Below, in pieces: positions 1-7,830 of a stretch of DNA of 16,038 bases (position 1 is the stretch's first letter; every line of letters starts with the position of its first letter). A program made the position numbers and the translations under genes. This stretch comes from Pedosphaera sp. (GTDB taxonomy: Bacteria; Verrucomicrobiota; Verrucomicrobiia; Limisphaerales; SIBH01): the NCBI GenBank assembly GCA_031414955.1, contig JANOQV010000199.1, positions 1-16,038 on the forward strand. The letters run 5' to 3'. The notes under the pieces are model-generated. The model made no database searches and had not been told where the DNA came from. It saw only the letters and a program-made list of their open reading frames with translations.

Positions 1-153
1 CGCGCCGATGCCAAGCTGCTTGAGGTTGTTCAAACAGTAGGTTGCGCGCGCCTTCGCTTTGGCTTTGGCCAACGCGGGCAGGAGCAGCGCCGCCAGGATC
101 GCGATGATGGCGATGACGACGAGCAGTTCGATCAATGTAAAGGCACGTTTCAT
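1..153 (-). CDS. Prepilin-type N-terminal cleavage/methylation domain protein (DUF1559-like PVC pilin-like family), 5' part only, truncated by the window edge
   Basis: Hand translation from ATG at 153 (not in the ORF track): [51 protein letters not shown]. It has the type IV pilin N-methylation motif (A/G)FTLIELLVV, a hydrophobic helix and the CxNNLKQ signature. Confidence 0.93.
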   Translation of the reverse strand, partial: MKRAFTLIELLVVIAIIAILAALLLPALAKAKAKARATYCLNNLKQLGIGA

Positions 154-276
154 AAAACCGATCCCAGCCCGGAGCGCACAGGCTCCACAGCCGTTGGGAG
201 AACTTGAGAGAAGTTCGCGATCGCACACGCGGGCACGAACGTCCGCCGGAAAACGGCGGATCACTTCAGGGAGGAA

Positions 277-651
277 CTAGGCCGCGCGTGGAGGCGGCAA
301 GAGCGGCGCGGCGCGGGAGGCGTCCGCGCGCTCGGAGGCAGGAATGAAATGCCGGATGGGTCTCGGCGGAGACAGTTCGCATGATCCGGCGTCGGTTAAA
401 AAATCAAACTTGGTCTCGATCTTTTGCAGGTCGCGTTTCTGCTCGGAGTTCTTGCCAGCCTTGACCAGCTTGCAAAGAGGGCAGGGGTGTTTGCCATCGA
501 AGGTCTTCTCCAACGCCACCGCCACGGAATCGGTCTGGGAAAAACTGACCGCCATGCCGAGCCACGCCGCTGATTGCAGCAACGCCCAGTGCCCGCCGAT
601 GACCAGCACCAGCGCGAGCACCACGAACCATTTGCTCAACCTTACGAACAC
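277..651 (-). CDS. Small membrane/exported CxxC protein with proline-rich C-terminus (putative DUF2946/CruR-like metal-responsive leader protein)
   Basis: 124 aa, GTG start. N-terminal hydrophobic segment, GGHW, DGKHPCPLCK motif, C-terminus RAAPLLPPPRAA*. It has its own promoter-like sequence directly upstream. The function is inferred. Confidence 0.75.
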   Translation of the reverse strand: MFVRLSKWFVVLALVLVIGGHWALLQSAAWLGMAVSFSQTDSVAVALEKTFDGKHPCPLCKLVKAGKNSEQKRDLQKIETKFDFLTDAGSCELSPPRPIRHFIPASERADASRAAPLLPPPRAA

Positions 652-657
652 GGGCGC

Positions 658-686
658 ATCCTGCCGGTTGTCCTCGTTGTCGTCAA
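658..686 (-). promoter_or_regulatory. Sigma70-like promoter, probably giving a leaderless mRNA for 277-651
   Basis: Minus strand reads TTGACG (686-681), 17 nt, CAGGAT (663-658), 6 nt, GTG start (651). Confidence 0.55.
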
Positions 687-727
687 CGGGCTGATGGCGA
701 AGGGTTGATGGCGAGGGCCAGCGATGA

Positions 728-1780
728 TCAGAAGCGCGTGGGGCGGACCACGGCCAGGGCCTTGAGGAGGTCGAGGGCTCGGGCCAGGGCCGGGTCGGTG
801 ATGATCGGACGGGCCGGTTCGGGGGCGGCGGCGCGGGCCGACTCGTCGTCAGGATTCTCGCCGTCGCGCAACATGCGGACGAGTTCGGCTTCGTTGAGGC
901 GGCGGCGCGGGGATTTATTGGTCACGGAGAGCGCGGCGATGTTGGTCGCGCTGGCTCCGGCCAGTCCGGCTTTGGGTAGAATTTTATAGGCATCCATGAA
1001 GTAAGCGCGCTCGTCGTCCTGATTCACGTCCACCCGGATGTCCGGCTTGATTCGTTCTACCACGTCGCCATTGCCGGCGCGGATGGGCGAGACGGCCACG
1101 CGCAAAGTCTGGCCACCTTTCAAGGGGAAATCCTTGGTGATGCTGGCGCGCCCGGCCGTGTTCGTGCCGATGATCAGCCCGATGTCAGCCTGGCGCAAGG
1201 CCGCCGCCAGCGCCTCCGCCGCGCCAGTCGTGGCTTGATTCACCAGCATGGCGACCGGGAGCTTGAAGGCGTTCGTCTTCTCCGTGGACTTGACCATGCC
1301 CTGGCCCCAATCCAGCAATGGTTGTTCGGAGCCGAGAAAGCGGTCCGCCACCTTGACCGCCGCCGCGTAGTCAGTGCCGCCGGCGAAGCGCAGATCGATG
1401 ACCAATCCCTTCAGCGTGTTCGTGACGGTGAGTTGGGTCAGCGCGGCCGAGAAGCCATCGGCCAGTTTCTGGCTGACTGTCGAGATGCGGACGTAACCGA
1501 AATGCTCGTCGAGGAGGGCGTTGGAACTGATGGGCGTCGCGGCCAGTTCCGGTTCGGCCTTCTTGCTCGGGTCGATCAACCACGCCTTGGAATCCAGTTT
1601 CGTGAGCAAGCCTTCCACTGCGGCCGCGTTCAAGTCCGTCGCCTTCAGGCCCCCGACGTTGGTTCGAATCACTTCAAACACTTCCCGGAAATCCGCTGGC
1701 TGCGCCGCCTGCGCGAGTGGCCCGGGCGCGGCCGCGAGGATCATGGTCACGGCGAAGAGTTGGCATCCAAATCGAATCAT
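728..1780 (-). CDS. S41 (CtpA/Prc-like) peptidase-family protein, secreted, probably catalytically inactive
   Basis: 350 aa with a signal peptide. Shows GYVRI, GLVIDLRFAGG, LVNQATTGAAEALAAALR, IIGTNTAGRA, IKPDI and C-terminal DPALARALDLL, all matching the CtpA layout. No PDZ-sized insert is evident. Confidence 0.85.
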   Translation of the reverse strand: MIRFGCQLFAVTMILAAAPGPLAQAAQPADFREVFEVIRTNVGGLKATDLNAAAVEGLLTKLDSKAWLIDPSKKAEPELAATPISSNALLDEHFGYVRISTVSQKLADGFSAALTQLTVTNTLKGLVIDLRFAGGTDYAAAVKVADRFLGSEQPLLDWGQGMVKSTEKTNAFKLPVAMLVNQATTGAAEALAAALRQADIGLIIGTNTAGRASITKDFPLKGGQTLRVAVSPIRAGNGDVVERIKPDIRVDVNQDDERAYFMDAYKILPKAGLAGASATNIAALSVTNKSPRRRLNEAELVRMLRDGENPDDESARAAAPEPARPIITDPALARALDLLKALAVVRPTRF

Positions 1781-1788
1781 GCGCGGCC

Positions 1789-1817
1789 AACCTGAGTGAC
1801 CGGCGCGCGGAAATCAA
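1789..1817 (-). promoter_or_regulatory. Sigma70-like promoter for the S41-like gene (near-leaderless)
   Basis: Minus strand reads TTGATT (1817-1812), 17 nt, CAGGTT (1794-1789), 8 nt, ATG (1780). No SD present. Confidence 0.45.
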
Positions 1818-1880
1818 GGAGGCAGGCGTCAGAACATGGTCCCAAGGGCGAGACCTGCGGCGACCGCCGGTGCGGACCAA

Positions 1881-3233
1881 TCATTCGTGGCGCAGGGCCT
1901 CGACTGGATCCATCGCGGCCGCGCGGAAGGCCGGGTAGATGCCGAAGATGACGCCGACCGCGCCGGAAATCGTGAAGGCCAGGAATGGCGACCAGAAGGT
2001 GATAATGGTTCTCATGCCCGCGAACTGGCTGACGAAGTGCGGAATGAGCACGCCGAGCAGCACGCCGAGGAGGCCGCCCGCCGCCGAGAGAATCACCGCC
2101 TCGACCAGGAACTGGGTGATGATGTCCTCGCGCTTGGCCCCGAGGGCGCGGCGGATGCCAATCTCGCGCGTGCGCTCGGTCACGCTGGCCAGCATGATGT
2201 TCATGATCCCGATGCCGCCCACGAGCAGCGAGATGGCCGCGATGGAGCCGAGGACAATGTTGAAGATTTGTTTCGTCCGCTCCGCACGGCGCAACAACTC
2301 CAGCGGCACCACGATCTCGTAATCCTGCTTCTTGTGATGGCGTTCGAGCAACGCCTTGACCGCGTCGGCTGTCGCCATGACCTGCTCGGGGGATGAGACT
2401 TCGATGGTGAGTTCGTGCAGTTCCACGCGCTCCTGCTCGAAGCTGCCGCTCCGGATTTTGCGCAGGATTTCTCCGTAGCGGGTCTTGGCCGTCTCCAGTG
2501 GAATGAACATCGTGTTGGGGACGGTTTGCGAAGCCTGTGCGGCCGGTGCCGACTCGGTCCCAGCCTCCGGGTTCTTGCTGCGCGCCGCCATGACCCCAAC
2601 GATCTGGTAGTAACTGCCGCCGACGCGCACATGCTGATTCACCGGCGAGCCGAGCGGGAAAAGAACCGGCACCATCTCCGCGCCGATCACACAGACGCTG
2701 GCCTTCGCGTCCATCTCGTGGTCGGTGAAGAAACGCCCGGCGATCACTTCGTGGTGGCGGAGCGTGGGGTACCAGGGAACCGTGGCGACGATTTCACAGT
2801 CCAGCCGCCGGTCAATGTGCCAGACATAATCACGCATGATGCGGCTGGGGAGCATCAATTGCACCCCGGCAATGGTCGCGCGGATGCGTTTCACGTCCTG
2901 ATAGGTCAGCCCGTATTGCAACAGGTAGCTTTGCTGGCTGCCTTGGGAAGCCTTGGCCTCCTCCGGTGGTTTGGTGCTGCGCAGGATGATGTTCTGGCTG
3001 CCCAGATTCTTGATTTGCTCCTGCGCCTCGTGGCTTGCGCCCTCGCCAATCGCCAGCATCGCAATCACCGAGCAAACACCGAACACGATGCCCAACATCG
3101 TAAGCAGCGAGCGCAGGCGATGCAGCCAGAGCGTCTTGAGGCCGAGGCGAACGATGCGCTTGAGACGACCGAGGCGGAAGCCGGGGGCAAGCTGGTGACG
3201 CGGAACTGGTTGGATCGAGGACATGCGCATCAT
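1881..3233 (-). CDS. ABC transporter permease, MacB/FtsX family
   Basis: RSLLTMLGIVFGV TM1, a large periplasmic domain, SLLVGGIGIMNIMLASVTERTREIGIRRALGA, and C-terminal PAFRAAAMDPVEALRHE. ATGA overlap with the upstream ATPase stop. Confidence 0.95.
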   Translation of the reverse strand: MMRMSSIQPVPRHQLAPGFRLGRLKRIVRLGLKTLWLHRLRSLLTMLGIVFGVCSVIAMLAIGEGASHEAQEQIKNLGSQNIILRSTKPPEEAKASQGSQQSYLLQYGLTYQDVKRIRATIAGVQLMLPSRIMRDYVWHIDRRLDCEIVATVPWYPTLRHHEVIAGRFFTDHEMDAKASVCVIGAEMVPVLFPLGSPVNQHVRVGGSYYQIVGVMAARSKNPEAGTESAPAAQASQTVPNTMFIPLETAKTRYGEILRKIRSGSFEQERVELHELTIEVSSPEQVMATADAVKALLERHHKKQDYEIVVPLELLRRAERTKQIFNIVLGSIAAISLLVGGIGIMNIMLASVTERTREIGIRRALGAKREDIITQFLVEAVILSAAGGLLGVLLGVLIPHFVSQFAGMRTIITFWSPFLAFTISGAVGVIFGIYPAFRAAAMDPVEALRHE

Positions 3234-3952
3234 CCCTTCTGGAATCGCACGTCGCTATCCACTAATCCATCGCGCAGACGGACGGCACGGTGGGAGTGGC
3301 GCGCCACTTCCTCGTCATGCGTGACGAGGATGATGGTCTTGCCGCGCCGGTTCAGGTCATCAAACACCTTGAGAATCTCCTGGCCCGAAACCGAATCGAG
3401 ATTCCCGGTCGGCTCGTCAGCGAGAATGACCAGCGGATCATTGACCAGCGCGCGGGCGATGGCCACGCGCTGTTGCTGCCCTCCAGATAGCTCGAATGGC
3501 TTGTGCTCGAGGCGCTCTTCGAGTCCGACGAGCCGCGCCAGTTCCACGGCGCGCGCCCGCATCTCCTCCTCGCCGCAGCCTTGATAGAAGAGCGGCACCT
3601 CGATGTTCTCCACCACCGTGAGTTGCTGGATCAAGTTGTAGGATTGAAAAATGAACCCGAGGCGGGCGCCGCGAATATCCGAGAGGTCACGGTCATTGAG
3701 GTTGGAAACGTCGTCCGGACCGAGGAAGTAGCGCCCGGCACTGGGCCGGTCGAGGCAGCCCAGCACGTTCAGCAAGGTCGATTTGCCGCAACCCGACGGG
3801 CCCATGATGCTGACGTAATCGCCCGCGTTGATTTGCAGCGACACGCCGCGCAAGGCTTGCACCGTGACCGGCCCCATGCGGTAGGTCTTCTCCACACTTT
3901 CGAGCCGGACGATGGATTCGCCGTTCCCCTGGGCTGGCATGGCAGGTATCAA
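3230..3952 (-). CDS. ABC transporter ATP-binding protein, MacB/LolD-like
   Basis: Walker A GPSGCGKS, signature LSGGQQQRVAIARAL, Walker B ILADEPTGNLD, H-loop VTHD. Start is either TTG 3952 (overlapping the upstream stop) or ATG 3940. Confidence 0.96.
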   Translation of the reverse strand: MIPAMPAQGNGESIVRLESVEKTYRMGPVTVQALRGVSLQINAGDYVSIMGPSGCGKSTLLNVLGCLDRPSAGRYFLGPDDVSNLNDRDLSDIRGARLGFIFQSYNLIQQLTVVENIEVPLFYQGCGEEEMRARAVELARLVGLEERLEHKPFELSGGQQQRVAIARALVNDPLVILADEPTGNLDSVSGQEILKVFDDLNRRGKTIILVTHDEEVARHSHRAVRLRDGLVDSDVRFQKG

Positions 3953-5802
3953 GGTTTGGCGGCCGCGATCTTGGGCACGTCGGACGCCACGGGCTGTTTC
4001 TCATCGTCTTTGACACCCGGAGCCGGACTCTTGCGCGGACGCAACAGCACCTTCTCGCCTTCGGCCAGCCCGCGCTTCACCTCGATGAATTCTTCATTGA
4101 ATGGTCCGACGCTGACTTCGCGGCGATCCGACTTGAAACCGCCGCGCCCGACGTAGCAGAAGTATTTGCCCTCCTCCAGCACCACGCTCTGGATGGGCAC
4201 GTAAACCACGTTGGTCAGTTGCTCGATGAAAATCTCGACCTTGGCCGTCATGCCCGGCTTGAGCCAGTCGTTCGTGCCATGGACCGCAATGGTGGTGAGA
4301 TAAACCTTCAGGTCGGGATTCATCCAGCGATTCTGCGAATCAGGCAGAGCGCCCATCCGGATCACTTCTCCCTGGAGTTCCTTGTCGGCGAAGGCATCCA
4401 CTGTGACTCGGGCTCTCTGGCCCTTTCTCACCTTCTTGATGTAGGTCTCGTGAATGCGCACTCGCACCGACATGGTGCTCGTGTTGGGAATGGTGAGCAT
4501 GGTCTGCTGCTCCCGCACGGTGGCACCCTCGCGGATTCGTTCCTCACCGCCGTAATACATCATCTCGTCGCCCGCGCGCCCGTAAATGACCAGGCCCGGC
4601 TTGGTCGCGCGAATCAGGCACTTGCCCAACTGTTCCTCGTATTCCTTGCGCTGCCTTTCCTGAACATTGTACTGCGCCGAGGCGGATTTCAGTTTCGCGT
4701 CCGCCTGGGCCAGCTTGGCCACGGCGGCCTTGCGCGCGCGGTCGAGTTCGCGCACGGCTTCGGAGTACTTGGACAAGGTTTCCTCGGAAGTTTTCAGAAA
4801 CTCGTAGCGCTGAAACAAGTTTCGCCCCGTCTCCGCCGTCTGCACTTTCAGGCGTGCGTTCTCGAACGCGATCTCGTCGCGCTCCAAATCCGTGCGCGTG
4901 ACGAATTGCTTCGCGTGCAGCCGGCGCGTGCCTTCGAGCGTGGCCTGGGCCTGGCCCATCTCCTTTTTCGCCACCTGGAAGTCGTCGTGGAACTTGCGAA
5001 TCTTCTGCTTGGCCTCGCCGTCCCCCAGCACTTCGAGGTCGGCGTACTTCGAGAAGTCGATGTAGGAAGCGCGACGCGCGAGGGGCGACGCCGGGTCGAG
5101 GCTCGTGGGCGGCGCGTTCGAGGCCGGCCCGGACTGGCTTTCCTGGAGCGTTTTCTTCAACGCGCTCGTTTCGGAAGCGTCGGCCTGGGTGCCGTAGATG
5201 CTGGCCGTGCTGGCGCGGTTGGTCGCGTTCTGCTGGCGAATCCGCGTGAGCGAATCATCCAGGCCCAATTCGAGAATGACCTCCTCGGACGCCTGGTTGC
5301 CCAGGAACTTTTCAAAATCCATGCGCGCAAACCGCGCCTTCTGCTCCGCCGCCAGGGTGTCGCTCACATTCTGGTTCAACTGGATGTCGTAGCCTTGCTG
5401 CGCGTCGGTCAACGCTGCGCCAGCGGCCTGGAACTGAATCTCCTGCTGCACCATGAGCTTCTGGATTTCTGACGAATCGAGTTCGACCAGCACCTTGTTC
5501 GTCTTCACGTCCTCGTCCGTGACCAGATAACCTTCCTCGATGAGCTTCAGGATCTTCGTGCCCTGGAAGCCGACGCGCACCTCGCATTTGATCTCCTGCG
5601 AATCCACCGCCTGCATCGAGCCGCCCTCCAGCACGGTGATCTGCAACGGGCCGCGACGGGCCGCGAAAGTCGCGCCTTCATTCGTGACCTCCGGGCGGCG
5701 CGACCAGAAGAAAACCGCCGCGCCGAGGGCGGCCACGACCGCCACGATGCGCCCGCGGGACTGCTTGGTCAGGAATTCAAGGAGTGGGTTTTGCGTTGCC
5801 AT
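3949..5802 (-). CDS. Periplasmic adaptor / membrane fusion protein (MacA/HlyD family), long
   Basis: 617 aa. N-terminal TM, lipoyl-like halves (LIEEGYLV...LVELDSS; IRATKPGLVIY), long coiled coil, beta-barrel (VRKGQRARVTVDAF, LKPGMTAKVEI) and membrane-proximal GLAEGEKV. Confidence 0.9.
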   Translation of the reverse strand: MATQNPLLEFLTKQSRGRIVAVVAALGAAVFFWSRRPEVTNEGATFAARRGPLQITVLEGGSMQAVDSQEIKCEVRVGFQGTKILKLIEEGYLVTDEDVKTNKVLVELDSSEIQKLMVQQEIQFQAAGAALTDAQQGYDIQLNQNVSDTLAAEQKARFARMDFEKFLGNQASEEVILELGLDDSLTRIRQQNATNRASTASIYGTQADASETSALKKTLQESQSGPASNAPPTSLDPASPLARRASYIDFSKYADLEVLGDGEAKQKIRKFHDDFQVAKKEMGQAQATLEGTRRLHAKQFVTRTDLERDEIAFENARLKVQTAETGRNLFQRYEFLKTSEETLSKYSEAVRELDRARKAAVAKLAQADAKLKSASAQYNVQERQRKEYEEQLGKCLIRATKPGLVIYGRAGDEMMYYGGEERIREGATVREQQTMLTIPNTSTMSVRVRIHETYIKKVRKGQRARVTVDAFADKELQGEVIRMGALPDSQNRWMNPDLKVYLTTIAVHGTNDWLKPGMTAKVEIFIEQLTNVVYVPIQSVVLEEGKYFCYVGRGGFKSDRREVSVGPFNEEFIEVKRGLAEGEKVLLRPRKSPAPGVKDDEKQPVASDVPKIAAAKP

Positions 5803-7507
5803 CGTTCAGTTCTCTCCATTGGCCGTTGTCTTTGATGTAAAGGATGCCCAGGTCCGCCCAGAATTGCAGACGCGAAATGGTGTGGCTGACCAGCGCCTGA
5901 GTCAGTTGGTTCTTCGAGGTGATGAGATCGTTCTGCGCGTCCACCTGGTCCTGGGCCTTGGCCCGGCCCAACTCGGCGAGCAGCGTTTGCTCGTCCACGC
6001 GCCGTTCCGCCAGTTGCACTCCCAGTCCGCTGATTTCAAAATTGCTCCGGGCCTGATCCAGCCTGCGCCAGCCTTCGCGCACGTCCAGCCGGATCTCGTC
6101 CGCTTGCTGCTCCAGCGCGCGCGCGGTCTGCTTCTCCGCGATGAGCGCCACCCGGTAGCTGTTCCGCTCCGCCTGCCGGTCGAAGGGCAGATCCACATTC
6201 AAGCCTGCGCTCCAGTTGTAACGGTCGATGTCCGGCACCGGCACTCCGCCGCGCTGATTCGGCGGGCTGCGCAGACCGACCGTGGCCACCAGATCGGCCT
6301 GCGGCTTGAGGAAATTCGCCGCCACCTCGATTCGCCGGGTCGCGTCCTGGTGACGATCCTTCGCGTTCAGATAATCCAGCCGCGCGGTGAGCGCGATCTG
6401 CACCGCGTCGTCCGCCTGAATTTTTGGGTCGCGGATTTCCAGCGCACTGAGTTCGGCGTCGTCCAGCACGAGGCGCGTGTCCACGGCGATGCCGAGTTGG
6501 AGCAGCTTGAAGTTGTCCAGCGCCTGCTGATAGCCGCGCAGCGCGTTGTTCCACGCGCTCTCGGTGGTCAACTCCTGCTGTTCGAGCCGGCCGAGGTCGG
6601 CCTGGGTCACGCGCCCTTCCCGGGCCAGTTCGCGCGTGCGCTCGGCGTTCCGGCGCGAGCTGAGCAGGTTGAGATAATTGTTCCGCACCGTGTCGCGATT
6701 CCCCAGCACCGCGTAGTACGCACCCGCCACCTGCACGCTGAAAGTTTTGCGGAACTGCACGAACGCGCGCAGGTCGTAGAGCAAGTCCCGTTCAGCCTGC
6801 GTGAGCTGCTCGATTTGCTGCTTGAACCCGGCGTTGCGCAACAAAGGACGCGTCAACGTCGCCCCCACCTGCGACGAAGTAAGCGCGCGCGGATCGCCCG
6901 TCACGTAACGCAGAAAATCCGCGCTGAAGGACGCCGTGATCAAACCCAGGTCGCGCAGCAGCCAGCTCACGCCCACGCTGCCATCGGCCGTGACCCGCCG
7001 CTGCTCGACCAGATCGTCCGTCAGCAGAACCTTCGGCTGTTGTGTCACTGGATCGACGATTACGTCCACCGCCTGCTCGGTCTGCCCAATGATCCGGGCG
7101 CGACCGCCGCCGGCGAAAATGGGTGTGAAGCGATGGCGGGCCAGGGTGAGATTCAGCGCCGTGATGTAGAGCTGCTCCTTGCGCGACTGATAGGCTCGAT
7201 TGTGCCGCACCGCGATGAGCAGCGCCTCTTCGAGCGACAAGACACGCCCGCCCACTTCGCGTTCCGCGTCCTCGCCGAGAAAATCAAGACGGTTGGTCGT
7301 GAGCGGCAGCCGGTCCAGGGCCAGCGTGTTGGTCTGTTCGATGTTGAAGCTCGGCTCCATGTTCGGCACCAGCGGCGTGCGTTGCGCGATGGCCCCGTAG
7401 GTTTCCTGGTCCGCCGACCGGCGGTAATGGTTCGCCGTGCAGCCGGCCCCCAGCATCAGGAGGACGGCCAGCAACCTGCCGCCAGCAGCGCGCGTTAAGA
7501 ACTTCAT
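5777..7507 (-). CDS. TolC-family outer membrane efflux lipoprotein
   Basis: Start moved to ATG 7507 (MKFLTRAAGGRLLAVLLMLGAG-C, lipobox), 576 aa. LSLEEALLIAVRHN, two OEP repeats (TLTRPLLRNAG; GLNVDLPFDR). First gene of the exporter operon; its end overlaps the adaptor start by 26 bp. Confidence 0.9.
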   Translation of the reverse strand: MKFLTRAAGGRLLAVLLMLGAGCTANHYRRSADQETYGAIAQRTPLVPNMEPSFNIEQTNTLALDRLPLTTNRLDFLGEDAEREVGGRVLSLEEALLIAVRHNRAYQSRKEQLYITALNLTLARHRFTPIFAGGGRARIIGQTEQAVDVIVDPVTQQPKVLLTDDLVEQRRVTADGSVGVSWLLRDLGLITASFSADFLRYVTGDPRALTSSQVGATLTRPLLRNAGFKQQIEQLTQAERDLLYDLRAFVQFRKTFSVQVAGAYYAVLGNRDTVRNNYLNLLSSRRNAERTRELAREGRVTQADLGRLEQQELTTESAWNNALRGYQQALDNFKLLQLGIAVDTRLVLDDAELSALEIRDPKIQADDAVQIALTARLDYLNAKDRHQDATRRIEVAANFLKPQADLVATVGLRSPPNQRGGVPVPDIDRYNWSAGLNVDLPFDRQAERNSYRVALIAEKQTARALEQQADEIRLDVREGWRRLDQARSNFEISGLGVQLAERRVDEQTLLAELGRAKAQDQVDAQNDLITSKNQLTQALVSHTISRLQFWADLGILYIKDNGQWRELNDGNAKPTP

Positions 7508-7642
7508 GAATGGAATGGTCGTCAATGGACACACGCGCCGTTGCTTGCGTTCAAGCTTTTTACAAGTCGGGGCAGGCCGCGGGCGCATCATGTGGGTAAC
7601 ACTGAACCAGCTTGGAAGTGTCGAAAGTTCTGAAACCGAGGC

Positions 7643-7733
7643 GTCGCTGTCCCAGCGCGCCAGAGCGAGGCGTGAACCATGCTGAAGACACCCGAGGAGT
7701 CGTGGCCCGGCGCGCTGAGGACAGCGACACCCT
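7643..7733. repeat. REP-like inverted doublet
   Basis: GTCGCTGTCCCAGCGCGCC (7643-7661) is the reverse complement, with one indel, of GGCGCGCTGAGGACAGCGAC (7709-7728). A related single copy lies at 10449-10472. Confidence 0.65.
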
Positions 7734-7830
7734 GCTGGCGCGGGTGGATTCAACATCATGCTCCTCATCGGTTTCGCCCAGCTTCACACATTCGCTTTTC
7801 AGCCGCACCTCCGGCTGCTCTACTCCCGCC

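Noticed and set aside
59..280. 73-aa plus-strand ORF
   Set aside because: It is the antisense shadow of the prepilin N-terminus and the intergenic region.
5540..7498. Long antisense ORFs (5540-7498 +, 4219-5472 +, 2415-3584 +, 7765-9159 -, 13278-14342 -, 11938-12762 -)
   Set aside because: They lie opposite well-supported genes and have no recognisable motifs; they are the expected stop-poor shadows in high-GC DNA.
7508..7830. N-terminal extensions of TolC (to 7768) and of the oxidoreductase (from 7612) given by the ORF track
   Set aside because: They would overlap head-to-head, run through a REP doublet and bury the lipoprotein and Tat signals. Starts at 7507 and 7831 fit better.
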